From: the human T2T-CHM13v2.0 reference genome, Homo sapiens
Assembly: GCF_009914755.1 (NCBI RefSeq)
Contig: NC_060937.1
Direction: 5' to 3' (one strand)
DNA: 64,000 bases
Shown here in pieces: positions 31,001 through 45,100 of the stretch. Position 1 is the first letter of the stretch. Each line of letters opens with the position of its first letter. The notes beneath the pieces are model-generated. The model saw only the letters and a program-made list of their open reading frames with translations. It did not search any database and had not been told where the DNA came from. A program made the translations under genes and the position numbers.

Positions 31001-34000
31001 ACTATATATTATATACTGCACATAAAATATCAAAGTACCCAAGGTATATATTACATACTGTACAAAAAATATCAAAGTACCCAAAGCATATATTATATGC
31101 TGTACATAAAATATGAAAGTACATGAAATATATATTTTATTCTCTACATAAAATATCAAAGTACACCAAATATATATTCTATACTGTACATAAAATATCA
31201 AGGTACCCAAACTATACATTATATACTGTACATAAGATATGAAATTACATCAAATATATATTATATAAGGTACATAAAATATGAAAGTACATCAAACATA
31301 GCTTATATACTGTACATAAAATATCAAAGTACCCAAATATATATCATATACTGTACATGAAATATCAAAGTTCACAAACTGTATATTATATACTGTACAT
31401 AAAATATCAAGGTACCCAAACTATACATTATATACTGTACATAAAATATGAAATTACATCAAATATATATTTTATTAGGTATGTAAAATATGAAAGTACA
31501 TCAAATATAGATTATATACTGTGCATAAAATACCAAAGTACCCCAAATATATATTTTATACTGTACATGAAATATCAAAGTTCTCAAACTATATATTATA
31601 TACTGCACATAAAATATCAAAGTACCCATGGTATATATTCCATACTGTACAAAAAATATCAAAGTACCCAAAGCATATATTATATGCTGTACATAAAATA
31701 TGAATGTACATCAAATATATATTTTATTCTGTACATAAAATATCAAAGTACACCAAATATATATTCTATACTGTACATAAAATATCAAGGTACCCAAACT
31801 ATACATTATATACTGTACATAAAAAACGAAATTACATCAAATATATATTATATTAGGTACATAAAATATGAAAGTACACCAAATATAGATTATATACTGT
31901 ACATAAAATATCAAAGTACCCAAATATATATCATATACTGTACATGAAATATCAAAGTTCACAAACTATATATTATATACTGTACATAAAATATCAAAGT
32001 ACCCAAACTATACATTATATACTGTACATAAAATATGAAATTACATCAAATATATATTTTATTAGGTATGTAAAATATGAAAGTACATCAAATAGAGGTT
32101 ATATACTGTACATAAAATACCAAAGTACCCCAAATATATATTTTAAACTGTACAGGAAATATCAAAGTTCTCAAACTATATATTATATACTGCACCTAAA
32201 ATATCAAAGTACCCAAGGTATATATTCCATAATGTACAAAAAATATCAAAGTACCCAAAGCATATATTATATGCTGTACATAAAATATGAAAGTAGATGT
32301 AATATATATTTTATTCTCTACATAAAATATCAAAGTACACCAAATATATATTCTATATTGTACATAAAATATCAAGGTACCCAAACTATACATTATATAC
32401 TGTACATAAAATATGAAATTACATCAAATATATATTATATTAGGTACATAAAATATGAAAGTACATCAAATATAGATTATATACTGTACATAAAATATCA
32501 AAGTACCCAAACTATACATTATATAGTGTACATAAAAGATGAAATTACATCAAATATATATTATATTAGGTATGTAAAATATGAAAGTACATCAAATATA
32601 GATTATATACTGTACATAAAATACCAAAGTACCCCAAATATATATTTTATACTGTACAGGAAATATCAAAGTTCTCAAACTATATATTATATACTGCACA
32701 TAAATTATCAAAGTACCCAAGGTATATATTCCATACTGTAAAAAAAATATCAAAGTACCCAAAGCATATATTATATGCTGTACATAAAATATGAAAGTAC
32801 ATCATATATATATTTTATTCTGTACATAAAATATCAAAGTACACCAAATATATATTCTATAATGTACATAAAATATCAAGGTACCCAAACTATACATTAT
32901 ATACTGTACATAAAATATGAAATTACATCAAATATATATTATATTAGGTACATAAAATATGAAAGTACATCAAATATAGATTATATACTGTACATAAAAT
33001 ATCAAAGTACCCAAATATATATCATATACTGTACATGAAATATCAAAGTTCACAAACTATATATTTTATACTGTACATAAAATATCAAAGTACCCACACT
33101 ATACATTATATACTGTACATAAAATATGAAATTACATCCAATATATATTATATTAGGTATGTAAAATATGAAAGTACATCAAATATAGATTATATACTGT
33201 ACATAAAATACCAAAATACCCCAAATATATATTTTATACTGTACATGAAATATCAAAGTTCTCAAACTATATATTATATACTGCACATAAAATATCAAAG
33301 TACCCAAGGTATATATTCCATACTGTACAAAAAATATCAAAGTATCCAAAGCATATATTATATGCTGTACATAAAATATGAAAGTACATGAAATATATAT
33401 TTTATTCTCTACATAAAATATCAAAGTACACCAAATATATATTCTATACTGTACATAAAATATCAAGGTACCCAAACTATACATTATATACTGTACATAA
33501 AATATGAAATTACATCAAATATATATTATATTAGGTACATAAAATATGAAAGTACATCAAATATAGATTATATACTGTACATAAAATATCAAAGTACCCA
33601 AATATATATCATATACTGTACATGAAATATCAAAGTTCACAAACTATATATTATATACTGTACATAAAATATCAAAGTACCCAAACTATACATTATATAC
33701 TGTACATAAAATATGAAATTACATCAAATATATATTTTATTATGTATGTAAAATATGAAAGTACATCAAATATAGATTCTATACTGTACATAAAATACCA
33801 AAGTACCCCAAATATATATTTAATACTGTACATGAAATATCAAAGTTCTCATACTGTATATTATATACTGCACATAAAATATCAAAGTACCCAAGGTATA
33901 TATTCCATACAGTACAAAAATTATCAAAGTACCCAAAGCATATATTATATGCTGTACATAAAATATGAAAGTACATCAAATATATATTTTATTCTGTACA

Positions 34001-37000
34001 TAAAATATCAAAGTACACCCAATATATATTCTATACTGTACATAAAATATCAAGGTACCCAAACTATACATTATATACTGTACATAAAATATGAAATTAC
34101 ATCAAATATATATTATATTAGGTACATAAAATATGAAAGTACATCAAATATAGATTATATACTGTACATAAAATATCAAAGTACCCAAATATATATCATA
34201 TACTGTACATGAAATATCAAAGTTCACAAACTATATATTATATACTGTACATAAAATATCAAAGTACCCACACTATACATTATATACTGTACATAAAATA
34301 TGAAATTACATCAAATATATATTATATTAGGTATGTAAAATATGAAAGTACATCTAATATAGATTATATACTGTACATAAAATACCAAAGTACCCCAAAT
34401 ATATATTTTATACTGTACATGAAATATCAAAGTTCTCAAACTATATATTATATACTGCACATAAAATATCAAAGTACCCAAGGTATATATTCCATACTGT
34501 ACAAAAAATATCAAAGTACCCAAAGCATATATTTTATGCTGTACATAAAATATGAAAGTACATGAAATATATATTTTATTCTCTACATAAAATATCAAAG
34601 TACACCAAATATATATTCTATACTGTACATAAAATATCAAGGTACCCAAACTATACATTATATACTGTACATAAAATATGAAATTACATCAAATATATAT
34701 TATATTAGGTACATAAAATATGAAAGTACATCAAATATAGATTATATACTGTACATAAAATATCAAAGTACCCAAATATATATCATATACTGTACATGAA
34801 ATATCAAAGTTCACAAACTATATATTATATACTGTACATAAAATATCAAAGTACCCAAACTATACATTATATACTGTACATAAAATATGAAATTACATCA
34901 AATATATATTATCTTAGGTATGTAAAATATGAAAGTACATCAAATATAGATTATATACTGTACATAAAATACCAAAGTACCCCAAATATATATTTTATAC
35001 TGTACATGAAATATCAAAGTTCTCAAACTATATATTATATACTACACATAAAATATCAAAGTACCCAAGGTATATATTCCATACTGTACAAAAAATATCA
35101 AAGTACCCAAAGCATATATTATATGCTGTACATAAAATATGAAAGTACATGAAATATATATTTTATTCTGTACATAATATATCAAAGTACACCAAATATA
35201 TATTCTATACTGTACATAAAATATCAAGGTACCCAAACTATACATTATATACTGTACATAAAATATGAAATTACATCAAAAATATATTATATTAGGTACA
35301 TAAAATATGAAAGTACATCAAATATAGATTATATACTGTACATAAAATATCAAAGTACCCAAATATATATCATATACTGTACATGAAATATCAAAGTTCA
35401 CAAACTACATATTATATACTGTACATAAAATATCAAAGTACCGAAACTATACATTATATACTGTACATAAAATATGAAATTACATCAATTATATATTATA
35501 TTAGGTATGTAAAATATGAAAGTACATCAAATAGAGGTTATATACTGTACATAAAATACCAAAGTACCCCAAATATATATTTTATACTGTACATGAAATA
35601 TCAAAGTTCTCAAACTATATATTATATACTGCACCTAAAATATCAAAGTACCCAAGGTATATATTCCATAATGTACAAAAAATATCAAAGTACCCAAAGC
35701 ATATATTATATGCTGTACATAAAATATGAAAGAAGATGTAATATATATTTTATTCTCTACATAAAATATCAAAGTACACCAAATATATATTCTATACTGT
35801 ACATAAAATATCAAGTTACCCAAACTATACATTATATACAGTACATAAAATATGAAATTACATCAAATATAGATTATATACTGTACATAAAATATCAAAG
35901 TACCCAAATATATATCATATACTGTACATGAAATATCAAAGTTCACAAACTATATATTATATACTGTACATAAAATATCAAGGTACCCAAACTATACATT
36001 ATATACTGTACATAAAAGATGAAATTACATCAAATATATATTATCTTAGGTATGTAAAATATGAAAGTACATCAAATATAGATTATATACTGTACATAAA
36101 ATACCAAAGTACCCCAAATATATATTTTATACTGTACATGAAATATCAAAGTTCTCAAACTATATATTATATAGTGCACATAAAATATCAAATTACCAAT
36201 GGTATATATTCCATACTGTACAAAAAATATCAAAGTACCCAAAGCATATATTATATGCTGTACATAAAATATGAAAGTACATGAAATATATATTTTATTC
36301 TGTACATAAAATATCAAAGTACACCAAATATATATTCTATACTGTACATAAAATATCAAGGTACCCAAACTATACATTATATACTGTACATAAAATATGA
36401 AATTACATCAAATATATATTATATTAGGTACATAAAATATGAAAGTACATCAAATATAGATTATATACTGTACATAAAATATCAAAGTACCCAAACTATA
36501 CATTATATACTGTACATAAAAGATGAAATTACATCAAATATATATTATATTAGGTACGTAAAATATGAAAGTACATCAAATATAGATTATATACTGTACA
36601 TAAAATACCAAAGTACCCCAAATATATATTTTATACTGTACATGAAATATCAAAGTTCTCAAACTATATATTATATACTGCACATAAAATATCAAAGTAC
36701 CCAAGGTATATATTCCATACTGTACAAAAAATATCAAAGTACCCAAAGCATATATTATATGCTGTACATAAAATATGAAAGTACATCAAATATATATTTT
36801 ATTCTGTACATAAAATATCAAAGTACACCAAATATATATTCTATACTGTACATAAAATATCAAGGTACCCAAACTATACATTATATACTGTACATAAAAT
36901 ATGAAATTACATCAAATATATATTATATTAGGTCCATAAAATATGAAAGTACATCAAATATAGATTATATACTGTACATAAAATATCAAAGTACCCAAAT

Positions 37001-39179
37001 ATATATCATATACTGTACATGAAATATCAAAGCTCACACACTATATATTATATACTGTACATAAAATATCAAAGTACCCAAACTATACTTTATATACTGT
37101 ACATAAAATATGAAATTACATCAAATATATATTTTATTAGGTATGTAAAATATGAAAGTACATCAAGTATAGATTTTATACTGTACATAAAATACCAAAG
37201 TACCCCAAATATATATTTTATACTGTACATGAAATATCAAAGTTCTCAAACTATATATTATATACTGCACATAAAATATCAAAGTACCCAAGGTATATAT
37301 TACATACTGTACAAAAAATATCAAAGTACCCAAAGCATATATTATATGCTGTACATAAAATATGAAAGTACATGAAATATATATTTTATTCTCTACATAA
37401 AATATCAAAGTACACCAAATATATATTCTATACTGTACATAAAATATCAAGGTACCCAAACTATACATTATATACTGTACATAAGATATGAAATTACATC
37501 AAATATATATTATATTAGGTACATAAAATATGAAAGTACATCAAATATAGATTATATACGGTACATAAAATATCAAAGTACCCAAATATATATCATATAC
37601 TGTACATGAAATATCAAAGTTCACAAACTATATATTATATACTGTACATAAAATATCAAAGTACCCAAACTATACATTTTATACTGTACATAAAATATGA
37701 AATTACATCAAATATATATTTTATTAGGTATGTAAAATATGAAAGTACATCAAATATAGATTATATACTGTACATAAAATACCAAAGTACCCCAAATATA
37801 TATTCTATACTGTACATGAAATATCAAAGTTCTCAAACTATATATTATATAGTGCACATAAAATATCAAAGTACCCAAGGTATATATTCCATACTGTACA
37901 AAAAATATCAAAGTACCCAAAGCATATATTATATGCTGTACATAAAATATGAAAGTACATGAAATATATATTTTATTCTGTACATAAAATATCAAAGTAC
38001 ACCAAATATATATTCTATACTGTACATAAAATATCAAGGTACCCAAACTATACATTATATACTGTACATAAGATATGAAATTACATCAAATATATATTAT
38101 ATAAGGTACATAAAATATGAAAGTACATCAAACATAGCTTATATACTGTACATAAAATATGAAAGTACATCAAATATAGATTATATACTGTACATAAAAT
38201 ACCAAAGTACCCCAAATATATATTTTATACTGTACATGAAATATCAAAGTTCTCAAACTATATATTATATACTGCACATAAAATATCAAAGTACCCAAGG
38301 TATATATTCCATACTGTACAAAAAATATCAAAGTACCCAAAGCATATATTATATGCTGTACATAAAATATGAAAGTACATCAAATATATATTTTATTCTG
38401 TACATAAAATATCAAAGTACACCAAATATATATTCTATACTGTACATAAAATATCAAGGTACCCAAACTATACATTATATACTGTACATAAGATATGAAA
38501 TTACATCAAATATATATTATATTAGGTACATAAAATATGAAAGTACATCAAATATAGATTATATACTGTACATAAAATATCAAAGTACCCAAATATATAT
38601 CATATACTGTACATGAAATATCAAAGCTCACACACTATATATTATATACTGTACATAAAATATCAAAGTACCCAAACTATACTTTATATACTGTACATAA
38701 AATATGAAATTACATCAAATATATATTTTATTAGGTATGTAAAATATGAAAGTACATCAAGTGTAGATTTTATACTGTACATAAAATACCAAAGTACCCC
38801 AAATATATATTTTATACTGTACATGAAATATCAAAGTTCTCATACTATATATTATATACTGCACATAAAATATCAAAGTACCCAAGGTATATATTACATA
38901 CTGTACAAAAAATATCAAAGTACCCAAAGCATATATTATATGCTGTACATAAAATATGAAAGTACATGAAATATATATTTTATTCTCTACATAAAATATC
39001 AAAGTACACCAAATATATATTCTATACTGTACATAAAATATCAAGGTACCCAAACTATACATTATATACTGTACATAAGATATGAAATTACATCAAATAT
39101 ATATTATATAAGGTACATAAAATATGAAAGTACATCAAACATAGCTTATATACTGTACATAAAATATCAAAGTACCCAA
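28085..39179 (+). repeat. Direct duplication, about 28085-31335 copied at about 35928-39179 (offset 7843 bp)
   Basis: Identical translations for 28799/36642, 29176/37019, 29763/37606, 30393/38236 and 30770/38613; shared 1091-bp and 1007-bp structural units. Confidence 0.9.
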
Positions 39180-42100
39180 GGTATATATTCTATACTGTAC
39201 AAAAAATATCAAAGTACCCAAAGCATGTATTATATACTGTTCATAAAATATGAAAGTACATCAAATATATATTTTATTCTGTACATAAAATATCAAAGTA
39301 CACTAAATATATATTCTATAGTGTACATTAAATATCAAAGTACCCAAACTATACATTATATACTGTACATAAAATATGAAATTACATCAAATATATATTA
39401 TATTAGGTACATAAAATATGAAAGTACATCAAATATATATTATATACTGTACATAAAATACCAAAGTACCCCAAATACATATTATATACTGTACATGAAA
39501 TATCAAATTTCACAAACTATATATTTTATACTGTACATAAAATATCAAAGTACCCAAGGTATATATTCTATAGTGTACAAAAAATATCAAAGTACCCAAA
39601 GCATGTATTATATACTGTACATAAAATATGAAAGTACATGAAATATTTATTTTATTCTGTATATAAAATATCAAATTACACCAAATATATATACTATAGT
39701 GTACATAAAATATCAAAGTACCCAAACTATACATTATATACTGTACATAAAATATGAAATTACATCAAATATATATTATATTAGGTACATAAAATATGAA
39801 AGTACATGAAATATAGATTATATACTGTACATAAAATACCAAATAACCCCAAATATATATTATATACTGTACATGAAATATCAAAGTTCACAAACTATAT
39901 ATTATATACTGTACATAAAATATCAAAGTACCCAAGGTATATATTCTATACTGTACAAAAAATATCAAAGTACCCAAAGCATGTATTACATACGGTTCAT
40001 AAAATATGAAAGTACATCAAATATATATTTTATTCTGTACATAAAATATCAAAGTACACCAAATATATATTCTATAGTGTACATAAAATATCAAATTACC
40101 CAAATTATACATTATATACTGTACATAAAATATGAAATTACATCAAATATATATTATATTAGGTACATAAAATATGAAATTACATCAGATATAAATTATA
40201 TGCTGTACATAAAATATCAAAGTACACCAAATATATATTATATACTGTACATGAAATATCAAAGTCCACAAACTATATATTATATACTGTACATAAAATA
40301 TCAAAGTACCCAAAGTATATATTCTATACTGTACAAAAAATATCAAAGTACCCAAAACATGTATTATATACTGTTCATAACATATGAAAGTACATCAAAT
40401 ATATATTTAATTCTGTACATAAAATATCAAAGTACACCAAACATATATTCTATAGTGTACATAAAATATCAAAGTACCCAAACTATACATTATATACTGT
40501 ACATAAAATATGAAATTACATCAAATATATATTACATTAGGTACACAAAATATGAAAGTACGTCAAATATCGATTATATACTGTACATAAAAAATCAAAT
40601 TACCCCAAATATATATTATATACTGTACATGAAATATCAAAGTTCACAAACTATATATTATATACTGTACATAAAATATCAAAGTACCCAAGGTATATAT
40701 TCTATACTGTAGAAAAAATATAAAAGTACCCAAAGCATGTATTATATACTGTACATAAAATATGAAAGTACATCAAATATATATTTTATTCTGTACATAA
40801 AATATCAAAGTACACCAAATATATATTCTATAGTGTACATCAAATATCAAAGTACCCAAACTATACATTATAAACTGTACATAAAATATGAAATTACATC
40901 AAATATATACTATATTATGTACATAAAATATGAAAGTACATCAAATATAGATTATATAATGTATGTAAAATACCAAAGTACCCCAAATAAATATTTTATA
41001 CTGTACATGGAATATCAAAGTTCACAAACTATATATTATATACTGTACATAAAATATCAAAGTACCGAAGGTATATATTCTATACTGTACAAAAAATATC
41101 AAAGTACCCAAAGCATGTATTATATACTGTCATAAAATATGAAAGTACATCAAATATATATTTTATTCTGTACATAAAATATCAAAGTACACCAAATATA
41201 TATTCTATAGTGTACATAAAATATGAAAGTACCCAAACTATACATTATATACTGTACATAAAATATGAAAATACATCAAATATATATTATATTAGGTACA
41301 TAAAATATGAAAGTACATCAAATATAAATTATATACTGTACATAAAATACCAAAGTACCCCAAATATATATTATATACTGTACATGAAATATCAAAGTTC
41401 ACAAACTATATATTATATACTGTACATAAAATATCAAAGTACCCAAGGTATATATTCTATTCTCTACAAAAAATATCAAAGTACCCAAAGCATGTATTAT
41501 ATACGGTACATGAAATATGAAAGTACATCAAATATATATTTAATTCTGTACATAAAATATCAAAGTACACCAAATATATATTCTATAGTGTACATAAAAT
41601 ATCAAAGTAGCCAAACTATACATTATATACTGTACATAAAATATGAAATTACATCAAATATATATTATATTATGTACATAAAATATGAAAGTACATCAAA
41701 TATAGATTATATACTGTACATAAAATACCAAAGTACACCAAATATATATTTTATACTGTACATGCAATATCAAAGTTCACAAACTATATATTATATACTG
41801 TACATAAAATATCAAAGTACCCAAGGTATATATTCTATACTGTACAAAAAATATCAAAGTACCCAAAGCATGTATTATATACTGTTAATAAAATATGAAA
41901 GTACATAAAATATATATATTATTCTGTACATAAAATATCAAAGTACACCAATTATATGTTCTATAGTGTACATAAAATATCAAATTACCCAAACTATACA
42001 TTATATACTGTACATAAAATATGAAATTACATCAAATATATATTATATTAGGTACATAAAATATGAAAGTACATCAAATATAAATTATATACTGTACATA

Positions 42101-45100
42101 AAATATCAAAGTACCTCAAATATATATTATATACTGTACATGAAATATCAAAGTTCACAAACTATATATTATATACAGTACATAAAATATCAAAGTACCC
42201 AAGGTATATATTCTATACTGTACAAAAAATATAAAAGTACCCAAAACATGTAGTATATACTGTACATAAATATGAAAGTACATCAAATATATATTTTATT
42301 CTGTACATAAAATATCAAAGTACACCAAATATATATTCTATAGTGTACATAAAATATCAAAGTACCCAAACTATACATTATATACTGTACATAAAATATG
42401 AAATTACATCAAATATATATTACATTAGGTACATAAAATGTGAAAGTACATCAAATATAGATTATATACTGTACATAAAATATCAAAGTACCCCAAATAT
42501 ATATTATATACTGTACATGAAATATCAAAGTTCACAAACTATATATTATATACTGTACATAAAATATCAAAGTACCCAAGGTATATATTCTATACTGTAC
42601 AAAAAATATGAAATTACCCAAAGCATGTATTATATACTGTACATAAAATATGAAAGTATATCAAATAAATATTTTATTCTGTACATAAAACATCAAAGTA
42701 CACCAAATATATATTCTATAGTGTACATAAGATATCAAAGTACCCAAACTATATATTATATACTGTACATAAAGTATGAAATTACATCAAATATATATTA
42801 TATTAGGTACATAAAATATGAAAGTACATCAAATATAAATTATATACTGTACATAAAATACCAAATACCCCAAATATATATTATATACTCTACATGAAAT
42901 ATCAAAGTTCACAAACTATATATTATATACTGTACATAAAATATCAAATTACCCAAGGTATATATTCTATACTCTACAAAAAATATCAAAGTACCCAAAG
43001 CATGTATTATATACGGTACATAAAATATGAAAGTACATCAAATATATATTTAATTCTGTACATAAAATATCAAAGTACACCAAATATATATTCTATAGTG
43101 TACATAAAATATCAAAGTACCCAAACTATTCATTATATACTGTACATAAAATATGAAATTACATCAAACATATATTATATTAGGTACATAAAATATGAAA
43201 GTACATCAAATATAGATTATATACTGTACATAAAATACCAAAGTACCCCAAATACATATTATATACTGTACATGAAATATCAAAGTTCACAAACTATATA
43301 TTATATACTGTACATAAAATATCAAAGTACCCAAGGTATATATTCTATACTGTACAAAAAATATCAAAGTACCCAAAGCAAGTATTATATACTGTACATA
43401 AAATATGAAAGTACATCAAACATATATTTTATTCTGTACATAAAATATCAAAGTACACCAAATATATATTCTATAGTGCACATAAAATATCAAAGTACCC
43501 AAAGTATACATTATATACTGTACATAAAATATGAAATTACATCAAATATATATTACATTAGGTACATAAAATATGAAAGTACATCAAATATAGATTATAT
43601 ACTGTACATAAAATACCAAAGTACCCCAAATATATATTATATACTGTACATGCAATATCAAAGTTCACAAACTATATATCATATACTGTACAAAAAATAT
43701 CAAAGTACCGAAGGTATATATTCTATACTGTACAAAAAATATGAAAGTACGCAAAGCAAGTATTATATACTGTACATAAAATATGAAAGTACATCAAATA
43801 TATATTTTGTTCTATACATAAAATATCAAAGTAAACCAAATATATATTCTATAGTGTACATAACATATCAAAGTACCCAAACTATACATTATATACTGTA
43901 CATAAAATATGAAATTACATCAAATATATATTATAATAGGTACATAAAATATGAAAGTACATCAAATATAAATTATATACTGTACATAAAATACAAAAGA
44001 ACCCCAAATATATATTATACACTGTAAATGAAATATCAAAGTTCACAAACTATATATTATATACTGTATATAAAATATCAAAGTACCCAAGGTATATATT
44101 CTATACTGTACAAAAAATATCAAAGTACCCAAAGCATGTATTATATACTGTTCATAAAATATGAAAGTACATCAAATATATATTTTATTCTGTACATAAA
44201 ATATCAAAGTACACCAAATATATATCCTATAGTGTACATTAAATATCAAAGTACACAAACTATACATTATATACTGTACATAAAATATGAAATTACATCA
44301 AATATATATTATATTAGGTACATAAGATATGAAAGTACATCAAATATAGATTATATACTGTACATAAAATACCAAAGTACCCCAAATACATATTATATAC
44401 TGTACATGAAATATCAAAGTTCACGAACTATATATTATATACTGTACATAAAATATCAAAGTACCCAAGGTATATATTCTATACTGTACAAAAAATACCA
44501 AAGTACCCAAAGCATGTATTATATACTGTTAATAAAATATGAAAGTACATCAAATATATATTTTATTCTGTACATAAAATATCAAAGTACACCAAATATA
44601 TATTCTATAGTGTACATAAAATATCAAATTACCCAAACTATACATTATATACTGTACATAAAATATAAAATTACATCAAATATATATTATATTAGGTACA
44701 TAAAATATGAAAGTACATCAAATATAAATTATATACTGTACATAAAATATCAAACTACCACAAATATATATTATATACTGTACATGAAATATCAAAGTTC
44801 ACAAACTATATATTATATACTGTACATAAAATATCAAAGTACCCAAGGTATATATTCTATACTGTACAAAAAATATCAAAGTACCCAAAGCATGTATTAT
44901 ATACTGTACATAAAATATGAAAGTACATCAAATATATATTTAATTCTGTACATAAAATATCAAAGTACACCAAATATATATTCTATAGTGTACATAAAAT
45001 ATCAAAGTACCCAAACTATACATTATATACTGTACATAAAATATGAAATTACATCAAATATATATTATATTAGGTACATAAAATATGAAAGTACATCAAA

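Larger units (their letters stand above)
10971..39179 (+). repeat. 587-bp 14-monomer variant HOR, block 2 (about 47 units including structural variants)
   Basis: Unit starts at 14000, 14587, 15174, 15761, 16348, 16935, 17522, 18109, 18696, 19283 ... 21628, 22215, 22802, 23389, 23976, 24563, 25150, 25737, 26324, 26911, 27498, 28085 (587 spacing), then 33035, 33622, 34209, 34796, 35383; same diagnostic SNP set as block 1. Confidence 0.94.

Noticed and set aside
2629-39062. Recurrent 101-aa hydrophobic minus-strand ORFs (MYSLGTLIFYV...) resembling small membrane proteins
   Set aside because: These are antisense readings of the satellite that open only when the monomer-4 C>G variant removes a minus-strand TGA; the hydrophobicity reflects T-rich codons.
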